A program made the position numbers and the translations under genes. A DNA stretch of 64,000 nucleotides from Haliotis rubra. Its lineage: Eukaryota. The stretch lies in contig NW_025766959.1 in assembly GCF_003918875.1 (NCBI RefSeq), positions 248,001 to 312,000 on the forward strand, in the 5' to 3' direction. The notes below the pieces were generated by a model that saw nothing but the letters and a program-made list of their open reading frames with translations, searched no databases and was not told the DNA's origin. Positions 12,743 to 26,136 of this stretch are shown here, one piece after another (the first letter of the stretch is position 1; the number at the start of each line of letters is the position of its first letter).

Positions 12743-13027
12743 ATCAGTTTCAAGGACTTCAGTCCTACCCCACAACGAAGCACGTGTGATGCATGTGGTG
12801 TCACCTTCGGCAAGTGAATTTGTTCAAACTTGCCTCACCGAGCAGAAAGTGGGTACCGGTGGGATAAGTCAAGTGACTAATATCCTTCTTGCGCCTCACA
12901 GGCCGCTTCGGTTATTCATTGAAATAATGATCAGATTGTGATTTCAGCGCCGTTGAGCAGCGCATGATGGAAACTAGATGCTATACAAATCCATTATTAT
13001 TATTGTTATTTAACCGTGACTTCTAAA

Positions 13028-13400
13028 ATAATAATAATAGTCTATTTATCATGCGCATTTCTCCATGCACAATGCATGCTCGAAGCGCCCAAACAATCTG
13101 ATTATTATTACCCTGGATAACCCAAGCTGCCTGTGAAGCGCTAGGAGGTTACTGGTTACATGACATCCAGCCGGGTACCCATTTTCTGCTGGGTGAACAG
13201 AGGCAATTTTGAACAAACTCACTTGCCTAAGGTGACACCACATGTTTCATGTGCTTCGTTGTGGGGTAGGACTGAAGTCCTAGAAACCCCCAGGAGTCAT
13301 GTTGTCAAACACGGTCACCCATCCAAAGACTTTCCGCACCCAACGTTCCTTAACTTCAACTGATTTGTGGCCTGAGCTCTATGCACAGGACCACACACCA
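13028..13400 (-). mobile_element. 5S-derived Deu/Nin-like SINE, near complete
   Basis: Minus strand: gaagttaagg...ttggatgggtgaccg head, gttcacccagcagaaaatgggtacc core, L2-like tail and (ATT)n. Confidence 0.7.
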
Positions 13401-14390
13401 CATGGCTGTTGTATTATATTGTTGATTCCGGACACATCAACTGGCTATTTACTATTGTAGTTTATCAAATATCAGTTAACGACTATCTATGACGTAACTG
13501 TTCATCCATACGTGTAGTTGATATGATCAGGCCGTGTCTGTTGCCTGTTTGTCAAAGTAAATTATTGTACTGGCTGAGAGTTGGAATTAATAAGTCAAGT
13601 CAATGTTTGGGCACGATCCATCAATTAAGGGCGATGCAACTTAGAGTGGCCCTTTAATTCACTGATTGTGGATTCAAATCACAGTCTCAACCTTCGTGTT
13701 TCTCAAAGAATAATGATAGCACCCAGCTAAAAGTGTGACCTTATGCCAATAACAGCCTGCGTGAAGCCTGTGGAGACCAACTGAAATAGCATGTTGATGC
13801 CACAAGCTTTACATACTTTCAGGAAAAGAAGACATACAGTTTCAGGGCAATCAGGCAAATTGTTCATCAATGCAAAACACCGAAAAAGTGCAAGCAACAG
13901 ACGAAATGAGACCAGGTAATCAAACATTAAGAGTTCAAAAGGGATTCAGTTGCTTTCAAGTAAAAGTAAAAGTATATCCTCATAATAGGCAATAACCCAC
14001 AACAAACAACTAATTGTATAATTTGCATAGAAAGTTTATTGATTTTAAAAGATTGCAATACTAAAAGTGTACAAGATTATACTGTGCTGTGTATGTTGTC
14101 ATCATGGTCTTTGAAGACATCAGAGCACCATACCTTTGTCCTGTAGTTTTCGAAAGGCAAAATATAAACATAGTGTACATAATCTCCAGGTCGAAACAAA
14201 TAGCGATAAATCTTGTCTTGGGTTAAACAACTGAATACATAGTTTCAAAGTAACGCTTCCTAAGTTACTGCATTAAGATTGTACTCGATATCAGAACATG
14301 ACCATATATGATACTTGAAATGTGTGATTTATCCGGATCAGCGTCCCATACATGCTATACATAGTGAAGCGTAAGGGTATGGTCTTTGTG

Positions 14391-15898
14391 TTATTGTTTG
14401 ACTTGAATCCTACTGAAGAAGGCACCGCAGGACTCGCAGAATGGCGTTAGGAAGCAGTTGAGGCAGATGGTGTACACCTTTTTATACATGATGCAGTTGA
14501 TCTCGCAAGCTCTGATCTGGGGCGTGTACTGCCAGATGTGAGCACAGGCAAGCATGGCGTAACTGCAACCGTAGTGGAGACCGTACAGAGGTCCACACAG
14601 GGTCATCAGCATGTAGCAGCATTTGAAGGCGCAGTTGAAGCATGTATTGGTGCACTTCCAGCAACAGTCAATGCTGTGGGCACCTTCGGGCTCAGCCAAG
14701 ACATCCTCAAACTGAACCTGAAACAAGCCAAACTGTAACTGACTTTGTGGGAAAAAAACGTACCTTAACGAACCTCCAAAGGTCTCCAAACTAGACCAGT
14801 ATTTGACAAAGTAGGAAACGTTAATTAGTTGTAGCTATTGACTCATATGATATGTGAACGTTACATTACCTGTGAACTCAATTTGTGGCCGTGACAATTA
14901 TAACAAAAGTTATGTTGGAATAATGTCGCGGTAAAACCAAAATCATGTCAAAGAAATGGTAAATACCCCTTTCAGTCGCACTTTCTTACTCACTTTATAT
15001 GTAAACGTATTTTAGTAGACATTCTGAAATTATTGAGTGAGTGATGGACGTGGGTTTTTTTAAAAAACAAGTGAATTCTTTACTCATTAACACCTCACTG
15101 CCTGGTTCTTCATCGAACGCTTGGAGACACATAAAAATATAGCTGAAAGGTGGTCACTCAAAACAATGCTATTTAATGCTGAAAAAGTTCAGTTTTTTAG
15201 CAAAAGTTGATGAACATGTATATTTCGGGAACAGATTCATATTTAGGTGCATAAATCCCAGCTCCCGATTTCCACCTGGTCCGACAGTGATGTGAATGTA
15301 TAGTCGGATTGGCTTCACTTTGGCTTTTTTATAAGGTTGCGGTGATATTGTCATTCAGAGGTAACCTACGGTTAACTTTCTATAAAGAGTATTCACAGAC
15401 AACATTAGTTCATTAAGCTAATCATAGATACATGCCATATTTGGGATTACATTTCCACAGTAAACTTGCACGGGTTCTGCGGCGGGAGGTATGAATACAC
15501 TATGCCATTAAGAGGTTTGCCGTAGGAGCCATGCCAGTTTATAGAGGGGTGCACAAGGTACCTGATCTGGCGGTTGGATGCCTGACTCTGAGAGTATAAG
15601 TTAGAATCTCCGATGTGATTCAACCTCCAAAAGTACTACAATCTGTACTTTACTTAGGAAGTAATCCAAATATAACGTATGTTACATTTGAGCACTTTCT
15701 AAATGACACAGTGTATTCATAATCAGAGATATATGCTTCAATCCTCTAAAGGCTACATACTATTCTTTAGATGAAAGCGATTCGAGAAATCCGGATTGAT
15801 GTAAATATATAAACGTCGAAGATTAGAACAGATAGGATTACCTTCAAATGGTCATTGATGTTGTTGGGATCTCGGTTTTCCAAATCAATATCGCCCAT
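14391..15898 (-). CDS. CAV: Caveolin class A copy 2; join(15898-15842, 14717-14391), 127 aa
   Basis: MGDIDLENRDPNNINDHLK|VQFEDVLAEP; canonical splice sites; TATAAA at 16007-16012; AATAAA at 14035-14040. Confidence 0.93.
15560..15720 (+). mobile_element. tRNA-related SINE, family C (degenerate)
   Basis: Homologous to 23965-24115 and 36636-36870 (gcctgactctgag...aaaagtac...catttgagcactttctaaatg). Confidence 0.6.
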
Positions 15899-16073
15899 TT
15901 TGTAACAGTAGCCTTGTCTAACAGTACTTTACAGCAGCAGAATCTACTAATGTCCACCCGGCACCGTCCAAAACTCAAGTGAGACAACCTGTTGTGCGAT
16001 AAACACTTTATAATACTTACTTAACTACGGGGTCTACAATGTCAAAATAATATACCATACATATCTATCTTGC

Positions 16074-16113
16074 ATTGGTCACAAAAGGCACATGTTTTTC
16101 TAGTGGACACGTG
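16074..16113 (-). promoter_or_regulatory. CCAAT plus E-boxes upstream of caveolin copy 2
   Basis: attgg 16074-78, cacatg 16089-94 and cacgtg 16108-13. Confidence 0.55.
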
Positions 16114-17139
16114 ATGTGTCTTCAGCAGATATGTACTCTTACAGATTAAATCTTTATGAAAGCGATGAATAGTGAACCTAAGGTAAGTCTTACCTTCTAC
16201 ACAGAGCCATTCATTCCAAGGCTTTCAGTGAGGAATTAAATAGGGTCTGGTCTTATGTCATTCAAATGCCGCTTGTTTCAGGCTGATACCGATCACCCGA
16301 CTACAGCTACCTTGAATATTACCCATCAAAAATCGACTTTAAAACAGTTTTAAGAAACAGTATGGGGACCTGTCACAAATAACCCAAGTCTATTTGTTTC
16401 TCCAAGGAAGAGTCCAGCAACGCCTAGTCCGCCGCAAGTCAAATATGTTCAAAGCCTATTTTTGGTCGAGTTGCTTTGCTTAGTATCCTTTCACACGTCA
16501 CAATGCCCTGCTACACAATTGTGAGTGTGTGCGCATGTGTTATAATCACTATTTGAATTGATACAAGAATAATGTATTGAAGAAACGTGTGTCGTCAGCA
16601 GGATTCATATGTGCAGAAGGCCGCTCCCAAAACTAACAATGTAGTCTTTTGTCATAGATGAAAGACAGAAAGGCCTCGGGGTTGGGTTTTACCCCAGCTT
16701 TTGCAGTATTCTAGTCATATCATCTGGATGACAACAATATAATTTCTTAAATCGAGACTAAAAGTAATGTGTGAGTGATTTTTAAGATGTAGTATGCTAC
16801 TCTTCAAGATTTATGTAGGTTATTGAAAGTAATTTGGTAGCCTTTATTGTAAAATAGACATACAGAAAAAGACAATGTTCTCATTATCATGGCATTGTTT
16901 GTCAACAATCGGAAGAAAGTCGAAATAGTCGTACGTGTTTCACTTAACTAGCTTTAGTTTGTACTGAAGGAACTGGATACTCGACTCCTCGTTGGCAATT
17001 ACATGCCAAAGTTAACACATACAGGCAATAAGTCTCCAAGAACAGTGTAGTGGTGGGAGTGTTGGGTGGCTCGGAATGAAACAGTTTCTCAGTTTTTGTC
17101 CAAAAGCGGTCACCAGGAAGTTTAAATGATATTTGAGCG

Positions 17140-17276
17140 AGTGAATTAGTCTAAGCAATATTCCAGCATCATCACGGCGGGGGACACCAGAAACGGGCTT
17201 CACACAATGTTCCCATGTGGGGAATCGAAACCGGGTCTTCGGCGTGACTACCCCACTGTGCTACCCCACCGCCCCA
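17140..17276 (-). mobile_element. SINE family A
   Basis: Reverse complement of ggggcggtggggtag...ggtttcgattccccacatggg...gctggaatattgct. Confidence 0.8.
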
Positions 17277-17748
17277 AATAACACTTTAGGTGCTTAATAA
17301 ACAGCTTTAGGTATCAGCTCTAAATCATATGCAGATTTTACGTCTCTGCTGTCTCGTCATTTCAGCACTGTTATGATTGTCTCAAATCATATCTATTATC
17401 TTATCTTATTCATTGCTTGTTTTCGAGTATCGTCGAACAATGATGTTTTAACATATTTCTTTGCAAAAAGAACGACAAAACTCTAAGAGCAGTCGAGCAG
17501 AGATTATATCATCAGCATGTATTTATGAATCACTATGAAGTGAGGGAAATCCTGGAGGGGAAAAATAAGTGAGGGAATCCTGCTTTTAAAATGTTCTGTA
17601 TCTTTTGGTTATACTCCATCATACAACCAAAAGGTTGCTTGATAGCGGTAACAACATTCAACATTATGGTGTATTCAGAGGACGCTTCCGAATTTGACAA
17701 ACGACGGAATTATCATTTAATGCAACGCCCCATTTCTACTTGTATGAC

Positions 17749-18015
17749 ACTCGTGAAGATCCGGGTTAGAACTGATCTCCAGTAACCCATGCTTGTGGTA
17801 AGAGGCGACTAACGGGATCAACGGTGTGCATGAGCATCGACCTACGCAATAGGGATACGATGACGTCAACATGTCATCGTATCCCAATTGCGTAGGTCGA
17901 TGCTCATGCTGGTGATCACTGGATTGTGTGGTCCAGACTCGATTATTTACAGATCGCCGCCATATGACTGGAATATTGCTGAGTGCGGGGTAAAACTAAC
18001 TTCCCTCACTCACTC
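17749..18015 (+). mobile_element. SINE family B (no tRNA A-box) with an internal inverted duplication
   Basis: Starts actcgtgaagatccgggttag, has the shared tail, and TSD gtatgac. Confidence 0.8.
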
Positions 18016-18379
18016 TAGTATGACTAGTATGTATTTTCATATGAACAACTGACTTGCTGTCACTGGTGGAGCAGGATTCGCTCACCTTTTCACGAACACC
18101 TGTTATCATAACTATATAATAGGCATTTATAAAATATCTGAATATGACAGTATCAACAGCATAAATAGACTTGTTTATTGTTTTATACATGGATGTTGCC
18201 GCTTGTATTTTGAGCACTGTAGTTCTAACTAAAATATATAAGTGCTTTCTGTAGTCTGTCTTCGTCCATTGAAGTAGTGTTACAAATTACGTTTCATTAG
18301 ATTTGCATGTTGCCTCATATAAGGTGATTGTAAGCGGTATTCTAAAAATGATGGCCAGGGTACATGCCTTAATACATGA

Positions 18380-18510
18380 ATGAGTGAGTATGGTTTTAGG
18401 CTGCGAGGGACACCAGAAGTGAGCTTCACACATTGTACCCATGTGGGCAATCCAACCCGGGTCTTTGGCGTGAAGAGCGAACGCTTTAACCACTAGCCTG
18501 CCCCACCCCA
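18380..18510 (-). mobile_element. SINE family A (degenerate)
   Basis: Similarity to the 25299-25469 copy. Confidence 0.7.
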
Positions 18511-19106
18511 CCTTCCCCCTTAATAAATGACCATGAGGATTGTCATGCGTCCTTTAACATTCAATCAGTTAAACTATCACACATCAATCATCACATTCAT
18601 TTTTATAAACGGTAAATTGCATGTATTTCATCGTAGTAGAATGAGATGAAACAAGCTAAAGAACAAACAAACAATAATTATATTGTATAAAAGACGGTTT
18701 ATTGATCACAGTAATGCAAACGTGAATATGTACACCATAATACTTTGTTCTCCTCCATATAGAATGTTGAGATCAAGTTCTTTGTACACAAATAAAGAAA
18801 CCAGAATTATGTCCTTGGTACCTTCCACAGGCGAAATATAACAGAAGGTCCTGAGTATCCGAGACGAAAGTTAGAAAGAAGATAACACGTTTAGAGTTGG
18901 TTAGACAGTTTACTGGTTGTTTCTCCTGCCGTAACACGTGGAGAAACTTGTGCACACTTGGTAGTTATTTACGAAATATTTCCATGGTAGACAGTATCAA
19001 GTATTCCCATAAAAGGCAATATGTGTGCTAATGTCATCCAGGTAAGTCTTACACTGATTTTTCTTGGTGTAAGAATGTCAGGAAAGGTCAAGATGGTGTC
19101 AATGTG

Positions 19107-20245
19107 TTATTGTTTGACTTGTATCCTGCTGAAGATGGCACCACAGGACTCGCAACATGGCGTCAGGCAGCAGTTGAGGCAGATGGTGTACACCTTCCTC
19201 ATCATGACACAGTTGATCTCGCAAGCCTTAATCTGGGGTGTGTATTGCCAGATGTGAGCACAGGCAAGCATGGCGTAACTCCAACCGTAATAGAGACCGT
19301 ACAGAGGTCCACACAGGGTCATCAGCATGTAGCAGCATTTGAAGGCGCAGTTGAAGCATTTGTTGGTAAACTTCCAGCAACAGTCAATGCTGTGGGCACC
19401 TTCGGGCTCAGCCAAGACATCCTCAAACTGGACCTGTAATTTCAAGATAAGGAAACGTTAGTTGGAACGCATTCAGTTGTCTGGTGTGTGAATTTTACAC
19501 TAACTGGAATTTGTAATAATTTTATCATAGAGTGTATTGTAATCATATGAAACGTCTTTAAATACTTATTTACGAATCATGGAGCTTTCTTCAAAATGTA
19601 TATATACCGGGGAAAACAAATAAAGGAACACCACTTCATGGCAGTGTTCTGTTATATATTCTCAGATTTCCTCCCATAGCACTATTCCTGTGGTCCTTTT
19701 TTTTTGTTTCTCTCAGTATATTTAGTATTTTTCCAAAGTCATTGTGATCACGAAAGCACATATTCCACAAAAAGAAGAAGAAACGAGCCTGCACGACTCT
19801 TAATGCTTCATTACAAATAGCCCATTAAATAGAAATTGTATATTTTCTAACTTTGTTTGAAATTTTCTATCTTGCCAACACACATATCAAACAATTTTGG
19901 GCTGCATTTTTACAAGTGTAATTAAACATTGTCATGCGTTCGTATGTTCACGAGCCTCGCACAAGATATTACCCGTAATAATTTTTCCTGTTGTCACCCT
20001 CCTGGGAAGGTGACACGGAAACTTGTTAAACCGTCATCGACCAATGAAATTAAAGTATTTTACATGAAGGTAAGATAAGACAAAGTATGTGTAATCAATT
20101 AATTAATCTTCTTAATTTATAGGTAAATATTTACATAATGTATGTAAGATATTCCCAGTATGAGAACTGGCTGATTTACCTTCAAATGGTCGTTGATATT
20201 GTTGGGATCTCGGTTCTCCAGATCGATAGTAGATTGTTCTGCCAT
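19107..20245 (-). CDS. CAV: Caveolin class A copy 3; join(20245-20180, 19433-19107), 130 aa
   Basis: MAEQSTIDLENRDPNNINDHLK|VQFEDVLAEP; GT-AG intron; AATAAA at 18698-18703. Confidence 0.93.
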
Positions 20246-20390
20246 TTTGAATCAAGTTGACTTTGTTCAGGTGTGGTATGGTTCCTGCTACTCCCGCGCG
20301 CTATACCAGCCAAAGTGTCGTAACTCGTAATATGGCTTCCTATATGTATATGTTTACATAGTTACACGATCGTATACTCACTCTAAGGTA

Positions 20391-20412
20391 ATTGGTCTAC
20401 TGTGGTCATGTG
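20391..20412 (-). promoter_or_regulatory. E-box (CACATG)-N11-CCAAT module upstream of caveolin copy 3
   Basis: attgg 20391-95 and catgtg 20407-12. Confidence 0.6.
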
Positions 20413-22803
20413 GTCGACTGTCATAAACACCACATGTCCCTAGGAGTCACCCATATTTTCGGGCATTGAAATCTCAGTGTTTGTTCTTTTATTGATGACG
20501 GTGGTTGCTGCGGTGCCTCATAAATAGAGTCATTCACTTTCCACGCCGAATTGCTATTTTATTGAAGACCCTTGTGTGGGCCTTTGAATAAACCTGACAG
20601 TTTCCATTGTACCTATTCGAAAGGGTTTTCAACACATCCGCTGGGTTACGTTCTTGTGAGCCTATGTTCCAGCTCAAGTAAATCAATTTTACACATTGAT
20701 TAGTGAGGCCTCCCCTCTTTCATCAAACAATCGAACTTTTAAAATATTATCTTACAAAGATCGAAAATGAATCTTGGATTTTTTAAATGTATGAATATAT
20801 GTGTAAAAATATTAAGCGAATCTGATCTTTAACATGAAATCCTGACTGTCCAGTTATTTAATCAATGTGCTTCAAGTCGCAGTTTTCATCTTTAAAAAAG
20901 AATTGTGACAGAGTTTATGACCAAAGGTTCCACTGCGCTTACTCTTCAGTTTTGCCCTGACTATAGTTGATCCAAGTGAGTGAACGTGAATGATTGGGGT
21001 TTACACCTATTTGAATCATCGTATATCAGAACTAATACGCTGAGCTACTTGAAGTGATGTATGGTGTAGATTCTCAGTACTTCAGTGGGCGAAGACCGCG
21101 ATTGTGAGTATATTGATATTACTCCAAATAGATAATAGTTACAAAAACTTGTCCACATCCTTACGAAATCTCTGCTTAATGTAGTGTCGTGTGTACGATT
21201 CCGACTATATGAGGGGCATATGTTTATAAATCACTATCAAATGGTGATAATACTAGATGTTTAAGAAAAGGGGAGCGTATACTGTGCCACGGGTGGCATC
21301 CATCATAAGCAAATGCAAAGACTAGTCAGTTTTCACCTGGAATTATACGGAAACATATGGTAGAAGTCAAAATAGGAAATCGCATCGAACATTACATTTG
21401 TCATTGTCTCCAGATTTGGAAATGTCCTCTACAGTCAACCATAATCTTTTTTGAAAGTTCACAATGATTAAACAATTGAAACAGCAGACGTCGACACCTA
21501 GACCTCTGGACTATACATTCCCATGTGGCCTGAAAAGGATCCATGTAGATTGGTTGTTTTTATTGTAACTGAATTTGTGACTACATTTGTAGTTACAATA
21601 TTTTTGTGGTCACTATTTTAAGTTATATTCAAACATGCACTTTTTACCAATATTTCAAAGAGTTTCATACAACCTTTACTCAGAAATTGTTCGATCAAGG
21701 TTACAACACTCAAAGCCTCAATAAAGCTTTCAAAACGTATAATGACATGTTGTTTACTTTTTAGCATTTGACGCAGCAGTGGCAAAATGATGGCCGATGT
21801 AGTTCATTATTTTGTCTTCTACCATACTTCCCGATTTTTTTCATGTGAACAATTGACTAGTTTTCTCTGGATTATCTGCTCAAGGCTCGAATATTTACAG
21901 ATCGCCGTCACATAACTATATTATTGCTGAGTGAGGCGTTAAACAAACATATTTCTTATGGAAGTGGAACGGGTTCTATTCCTTTTATTACCAGTCGTCT
22001 AAGGCTCCGTAATTCACTGCATAGCTGCATTCCATGAGCACACTAGAAATTTACGAGTATTGGTTTTCGATTCCGGCTCTCCTCAGTTATGTTTTTAACA
22101 TTATATCCGTTGGTTTTCACCACATTGATAAACGGTTAGGCCTGACTCACGTCACAGTTTTGAATGATGGAACACTGAAAGATTTAAGGGATGTGACTTC
22201 TATACTGTAAATTGTAGCGCACAAGACCTTTCCATTTGTCTACGACATGGAAACTCTCAAAGAAATCCTTCATTAAAGGAATCAAAAGTAAAAATAAAAA
22301 AAGCATTGTATAACAAAAGAAGATTTATTCGTTGCAGAAGTTTCTGTACTATGTACAATACTAATTGGTGTTGTACTAATGGATACATCATGTTGAGATC
22401 AAGGTCCTTAAAAAAGTATAAAACAAACGCGACACTTGTATGAACTGACACGTCGACAGGCGTAATACATACAAAGAGGGGGGAGGGGGTACTGTTCTTT
22501 TTACTACATACATAACAAGTGAGCCTAAATATACAGTCGTTTGGAACACGGAGCAAGATATGTTTCAAGTTTCACTTCCAGAAATGTCAATTCATCAAAT
22601 AAAGTATGTTCTTGATGGCAGAACATGGTAGTTCTCACTATTGCTTTGTGATCAAGAGAACAGACGCTGTAAAATATGCGCTTAAATTTACAGGATATTT
22701 TCATCCATTTATGCTTTACTTTGTTAAAGAATGTCATAGCTGTTCATGTTTTTATTTCTTACTATTTAATTCCCATTCACAGATATGTAGGCACAAAACA
22801 ATG

Positions 22804-24379
22804 TTATTGTTTGACTTGAATCCTACTGAAGAAGGCACCGCAGGACTCGCAACATGGCGTCAGGAAGCAGTTGAGGCAGATGGTGTACACCTTCCTCATC
22901 ATGATGCAGTTGATCTCGCAAGCTCTGATCTGGGGTGTGTACTGCCAAATATGAGCACAGGCAAGCATGGCGTAACTCCAACCGTAGTAGAGACCGTACA
23001 GAGGTCCACACAGGGTCATCAACATGTAGCAGCATTTGAAGGCGCAGTTGAAGCATGTGTTGGTGCACTTCCAACAGCAGTCAATGCTGTGGGCACCTTC
23101 GGGCTCAGCCAACACATCCTCAAACTGGACCTGTGGAACGGAAAGAAGAAAACGTTAGGTTTTCTGACCTGTAAACTCCACTTAGCGGCACTGCACTTAT
23201 GATCCAGTTGAAAATATACCTTGTTTTATTTTCTGCAATACTGGTAATATATATTTTAGTCAGAAAACACCTTTGAACCTCACTTGTGATTCAGTAATTG
23301 GCCTATTAGCAAATGTGTGTACACTTTAATCATTGATCATCTATCTGCATGCCATCTCAATACATTATATTCTATTTCAGCACAATGAAATATATTATAT
23401 TTCCAGTGTATTTCAAATTATGATTTTTGTGTTTTTGTCAGAAAAGTTTTAAACTAAAACTTTAAAAGCTATTCACAATTAATTCAAACAGCAACAGAGA
23501 ACAATCCATTGAGATAACTATCTACCTAACAGATTCAGAAGATGAAAACTGGTGAAAACTATTTGAGTGAATCATTGCTGGAAATCAGGGATGACACCAG
23601 GTGTTGGCTGGGAAAGGTAACCATGTCCTTATCCACCAGCAGCACTCACTACCATTCCAACATTATTTTTAGAAAGATAGGTGATGGGGGTGAAGAGGTT
23701 GTCAATAGCCACACCCATTTACCAACCAAGCCTTTAAGTGATTGGTTTTGCCGAAATGATTCACGTATGCAATGTTAAAATCACGTTTTGGTAGGATAGG
23801 ATTTCACTTACACTTAAAATCTTTTCAATGCAATTACATTTCTGAACAAATTCCGTTTTATGCCATCGTTAGCAATATTCCAGTAGAAAGGATTTGGAAT
23901 GAGCCTCGTCTGGCCAATCTCTATCAATTTTACATAATATCAGTTCTGAAGACCGATGTAGCTTATGATTACACAATGCCATTTAGAAAGTGGTGAAATG
24001 TAACATATGTTATATTTGGGATAACACTTTCTTAGTGAAGTATAAATTCTAGTACATTTTGGGGTTGAGTCCCATCCGGGCTTCGAACCCACACCCTCAG
24101 AGTCAGGCACCCAAAAATATGCTCTTGCTGCATTTTTATCATCGAGACGTTGCACATATAGAAATGTATACCAGCTTTTCATTAAAAACAGATGTCGTCC
24201 ATTATTAAATCCAGGTATAACGACTGCAAAGTACTACCGGGATAGCAAGTTTGTCAATCGATTATAAATTTGACGGTTTGGGAAATATTAACGAATAATA
24301 TTTTTACCTTTAAGTGGTCATTGATATTGTTGGGATCTCGGTTCTCCAAATCGATGGATGATTCCATTTGTTTCGGCAT
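22804..24379 (-). CDS. CAV: Caveolin class A copy 4; join(24379-24308, 23130-22804), 132 aa (alternative ATG at 24367 gives 128 aa)
   Basis: MPKQMESSIDLENRDPNNINDHLK|VQFEDVLAEP; GT-AG intron; AATAAA at 22324-22329. Confidence 0.92.
23965..24115 (-). mobile_element. SINE family C in the copy 4 intron
   Basis: Minus strand gcctgactctgagggtgtgggttcgaagcccggatggg (B-box), with the family C body. Confidence 0.7.
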
Positions 24380-24544
24380 TTTGGAGGGCTTTGTTTACAG
24401 GTGTTACCAGGGGGAAAGGTTAGGTTGCCGATAGACTGTCCGAACAGAAGTGGTGATACTTTGTGAGGACTTCTGTCGTCTACATGTTTACATAGTAACA
24501 GGGCCATTCAATGCCAAAACCTACGAATAAGATAATGGTCGTTC

Positions 24545-24566
24545 ATTGGCCAGGTGTAGCCATGTG
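24545..24566 (-). promoter_or_regulatory. E-box (CACATG)-N11-CCAAT module upstream of caveolin copy 4
   Basis: attgg 24545-49 and catgtg 24561-66. Confidence 0.6.
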
Positions 24567-25298
24567 GTTTACCAATAAATATATATATCCTTTGTCCCCA
24601 GTATGTTTCAGACATTGCCGAATGTCTGTGCGTAGGTCTTGTTCCAGTGGGTGGTTTCGGTCTCGCTTTTATTTGGCCATTCCTCTCCTTACCGAATAGC
24701 TGGTGTATTGAAAACACTTGGTCGTCTTTTGAATACACTTGACATAGATCCTATTGTGCTCGCCTTAATTGATTATTCTGGATATATTTAGCCGCTCAGG
24801 GAAATCTTCACATATGATTTAGTGAATCTAGACCAGTATTCCCCTGGGTTGTTTGAGGTAGTTGATTTAATGACATTGCTTTGATTGAATCGTGCAAAAA
24901 AAGGAAATAATAGTGGCAAATCAATAAGGAAATAAAAACACCAATCAAAGAATTGATAAATATACTGATGAGAATATTATTCATGCTCTTGGATTTGTTA
25001 TAAATCTGTACACTTCCTTAGTTTCATTGCATAATAAATAAACATGATACATTTCTACATAATCAAATGTCATGAGTTTACAAAATTTGTAATGCAATTA
25101 ACATTTGGATATTGGTAGAAACACATCTCTAGATATTTTAATCGTTATTGATTTTACATTGAACACACAGATGAAAAGCGATATTCAACTTAATACAAAC
25201 GTTTTACACTTCTACAAAGTATATGATAGGTTCATATGAAAATGAAAAAAGAACTTCTGTAAATTTACATTTGAGACATATGGCTCTGTTATCATAGT

Positions 25299-25469
25299 GG
25301 GGCGGTGGGGTAGCCTAGTGGTTAAAGCGTTGGCTCGTCACGCCGAAGACCCGGGTTCGAATCCCCACATGGGTACAATGTGTTAAGCCCATTTCTGGTG
25401 TCCCCCGCCGTGATGTTGCTGGAATATTGCTAAAAGTGGCGTAAAACCCAAAACTCAGTCAGTCAGTCA
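25299..25469 (+). mobile_element. Full-length tRNA-derived SINE, family A
   Basis: A-box tagcctagtgg, B-box ggttcgaatcc, (CAGT)n tail and TSD gttatcatagt. Confidence 0.9.
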
Positions 25470-25895
25470 GTTATCATAGTAGTCTTAATCACTGAGCGAA
25501 GTCGTTTGCTTTCCTGAAACTGGACAAGAAACCATGCCATCACTGGATACTCCTATTTTTTCAATTCTTAAACGGTGCAACATGCTTTGTTTTGTTTGCA
25601 CGTTGTTATAACCATGGAGCATCTGTTTGGCTTTACTTCATACGTTTGTCTTGATTATTATTTATCGACATACTTCTACCTAATGAGTTGTCACCTTCCA
25701 TCTTAACGACACGGTGATTGTATTCTTACTGCATCTTAAAAATACTTTTCCACTTATTTCTCTATTAGAATTTAACTTTCTTAGCATTTTAGTAAACTGT
25801 GATGTCCTTTACTTGTTAATTACGTAGGTCATGCGACAGGGAAAAGACAGTTGGTCTTAAATAGACCTTCTTTTCACTGAACTTTCAGTGCACTG

Positions 25896-26136
25896 GACCC
25901 GTGAAGATCCGGGTTAGAATTGGTCTTCAGCAACACCTGCTTGTCGTTAGAGGCGACTAACGGGATCGAATGGTCAGTTCCGCTGATTGGTTAATACATG
26001 TGATCGGTTCCCAATTGCGTAGGTCGATGCTCACGCTGTTGACCACTGGATTGTCTGATCCAGATTCGATTATTTACAGGCCACCGCTATATAGCTGGAA
26101 TATTGCGCCGTTAAACAACCAACAAACAAACCAAAC
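25896..26136 (+). mobile_element. SINE family B, full length
   Basis: Starts gacccgtgaagatccggg; TSD aactttcagtg(c/t)actg. Confidence 0.85.

Larger units (their letters stand above)
11800..13010 (+). mobile_element. 5S rRNA-derived SINE with a Deu/Nin-like core, split by an L2 insertion (head about 11800-11889, remainder about 12737-13010)
   Basis: Head gaacctaagcaacgtcgagcgcgg...cttggatgggtgaccg resembles the 5S internal control region. The two parts are colinear with the intact copy at 13028-13400; (ATT)n tail. Confidence 0.7.

Noticed and set aside
25299-25375. tRNA-like sequence with A and B boxes
   Set aside because: It is a SINE head: followed by body, tail and TSD, with no proper acceptor stem. 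No true tRNA gene is called.
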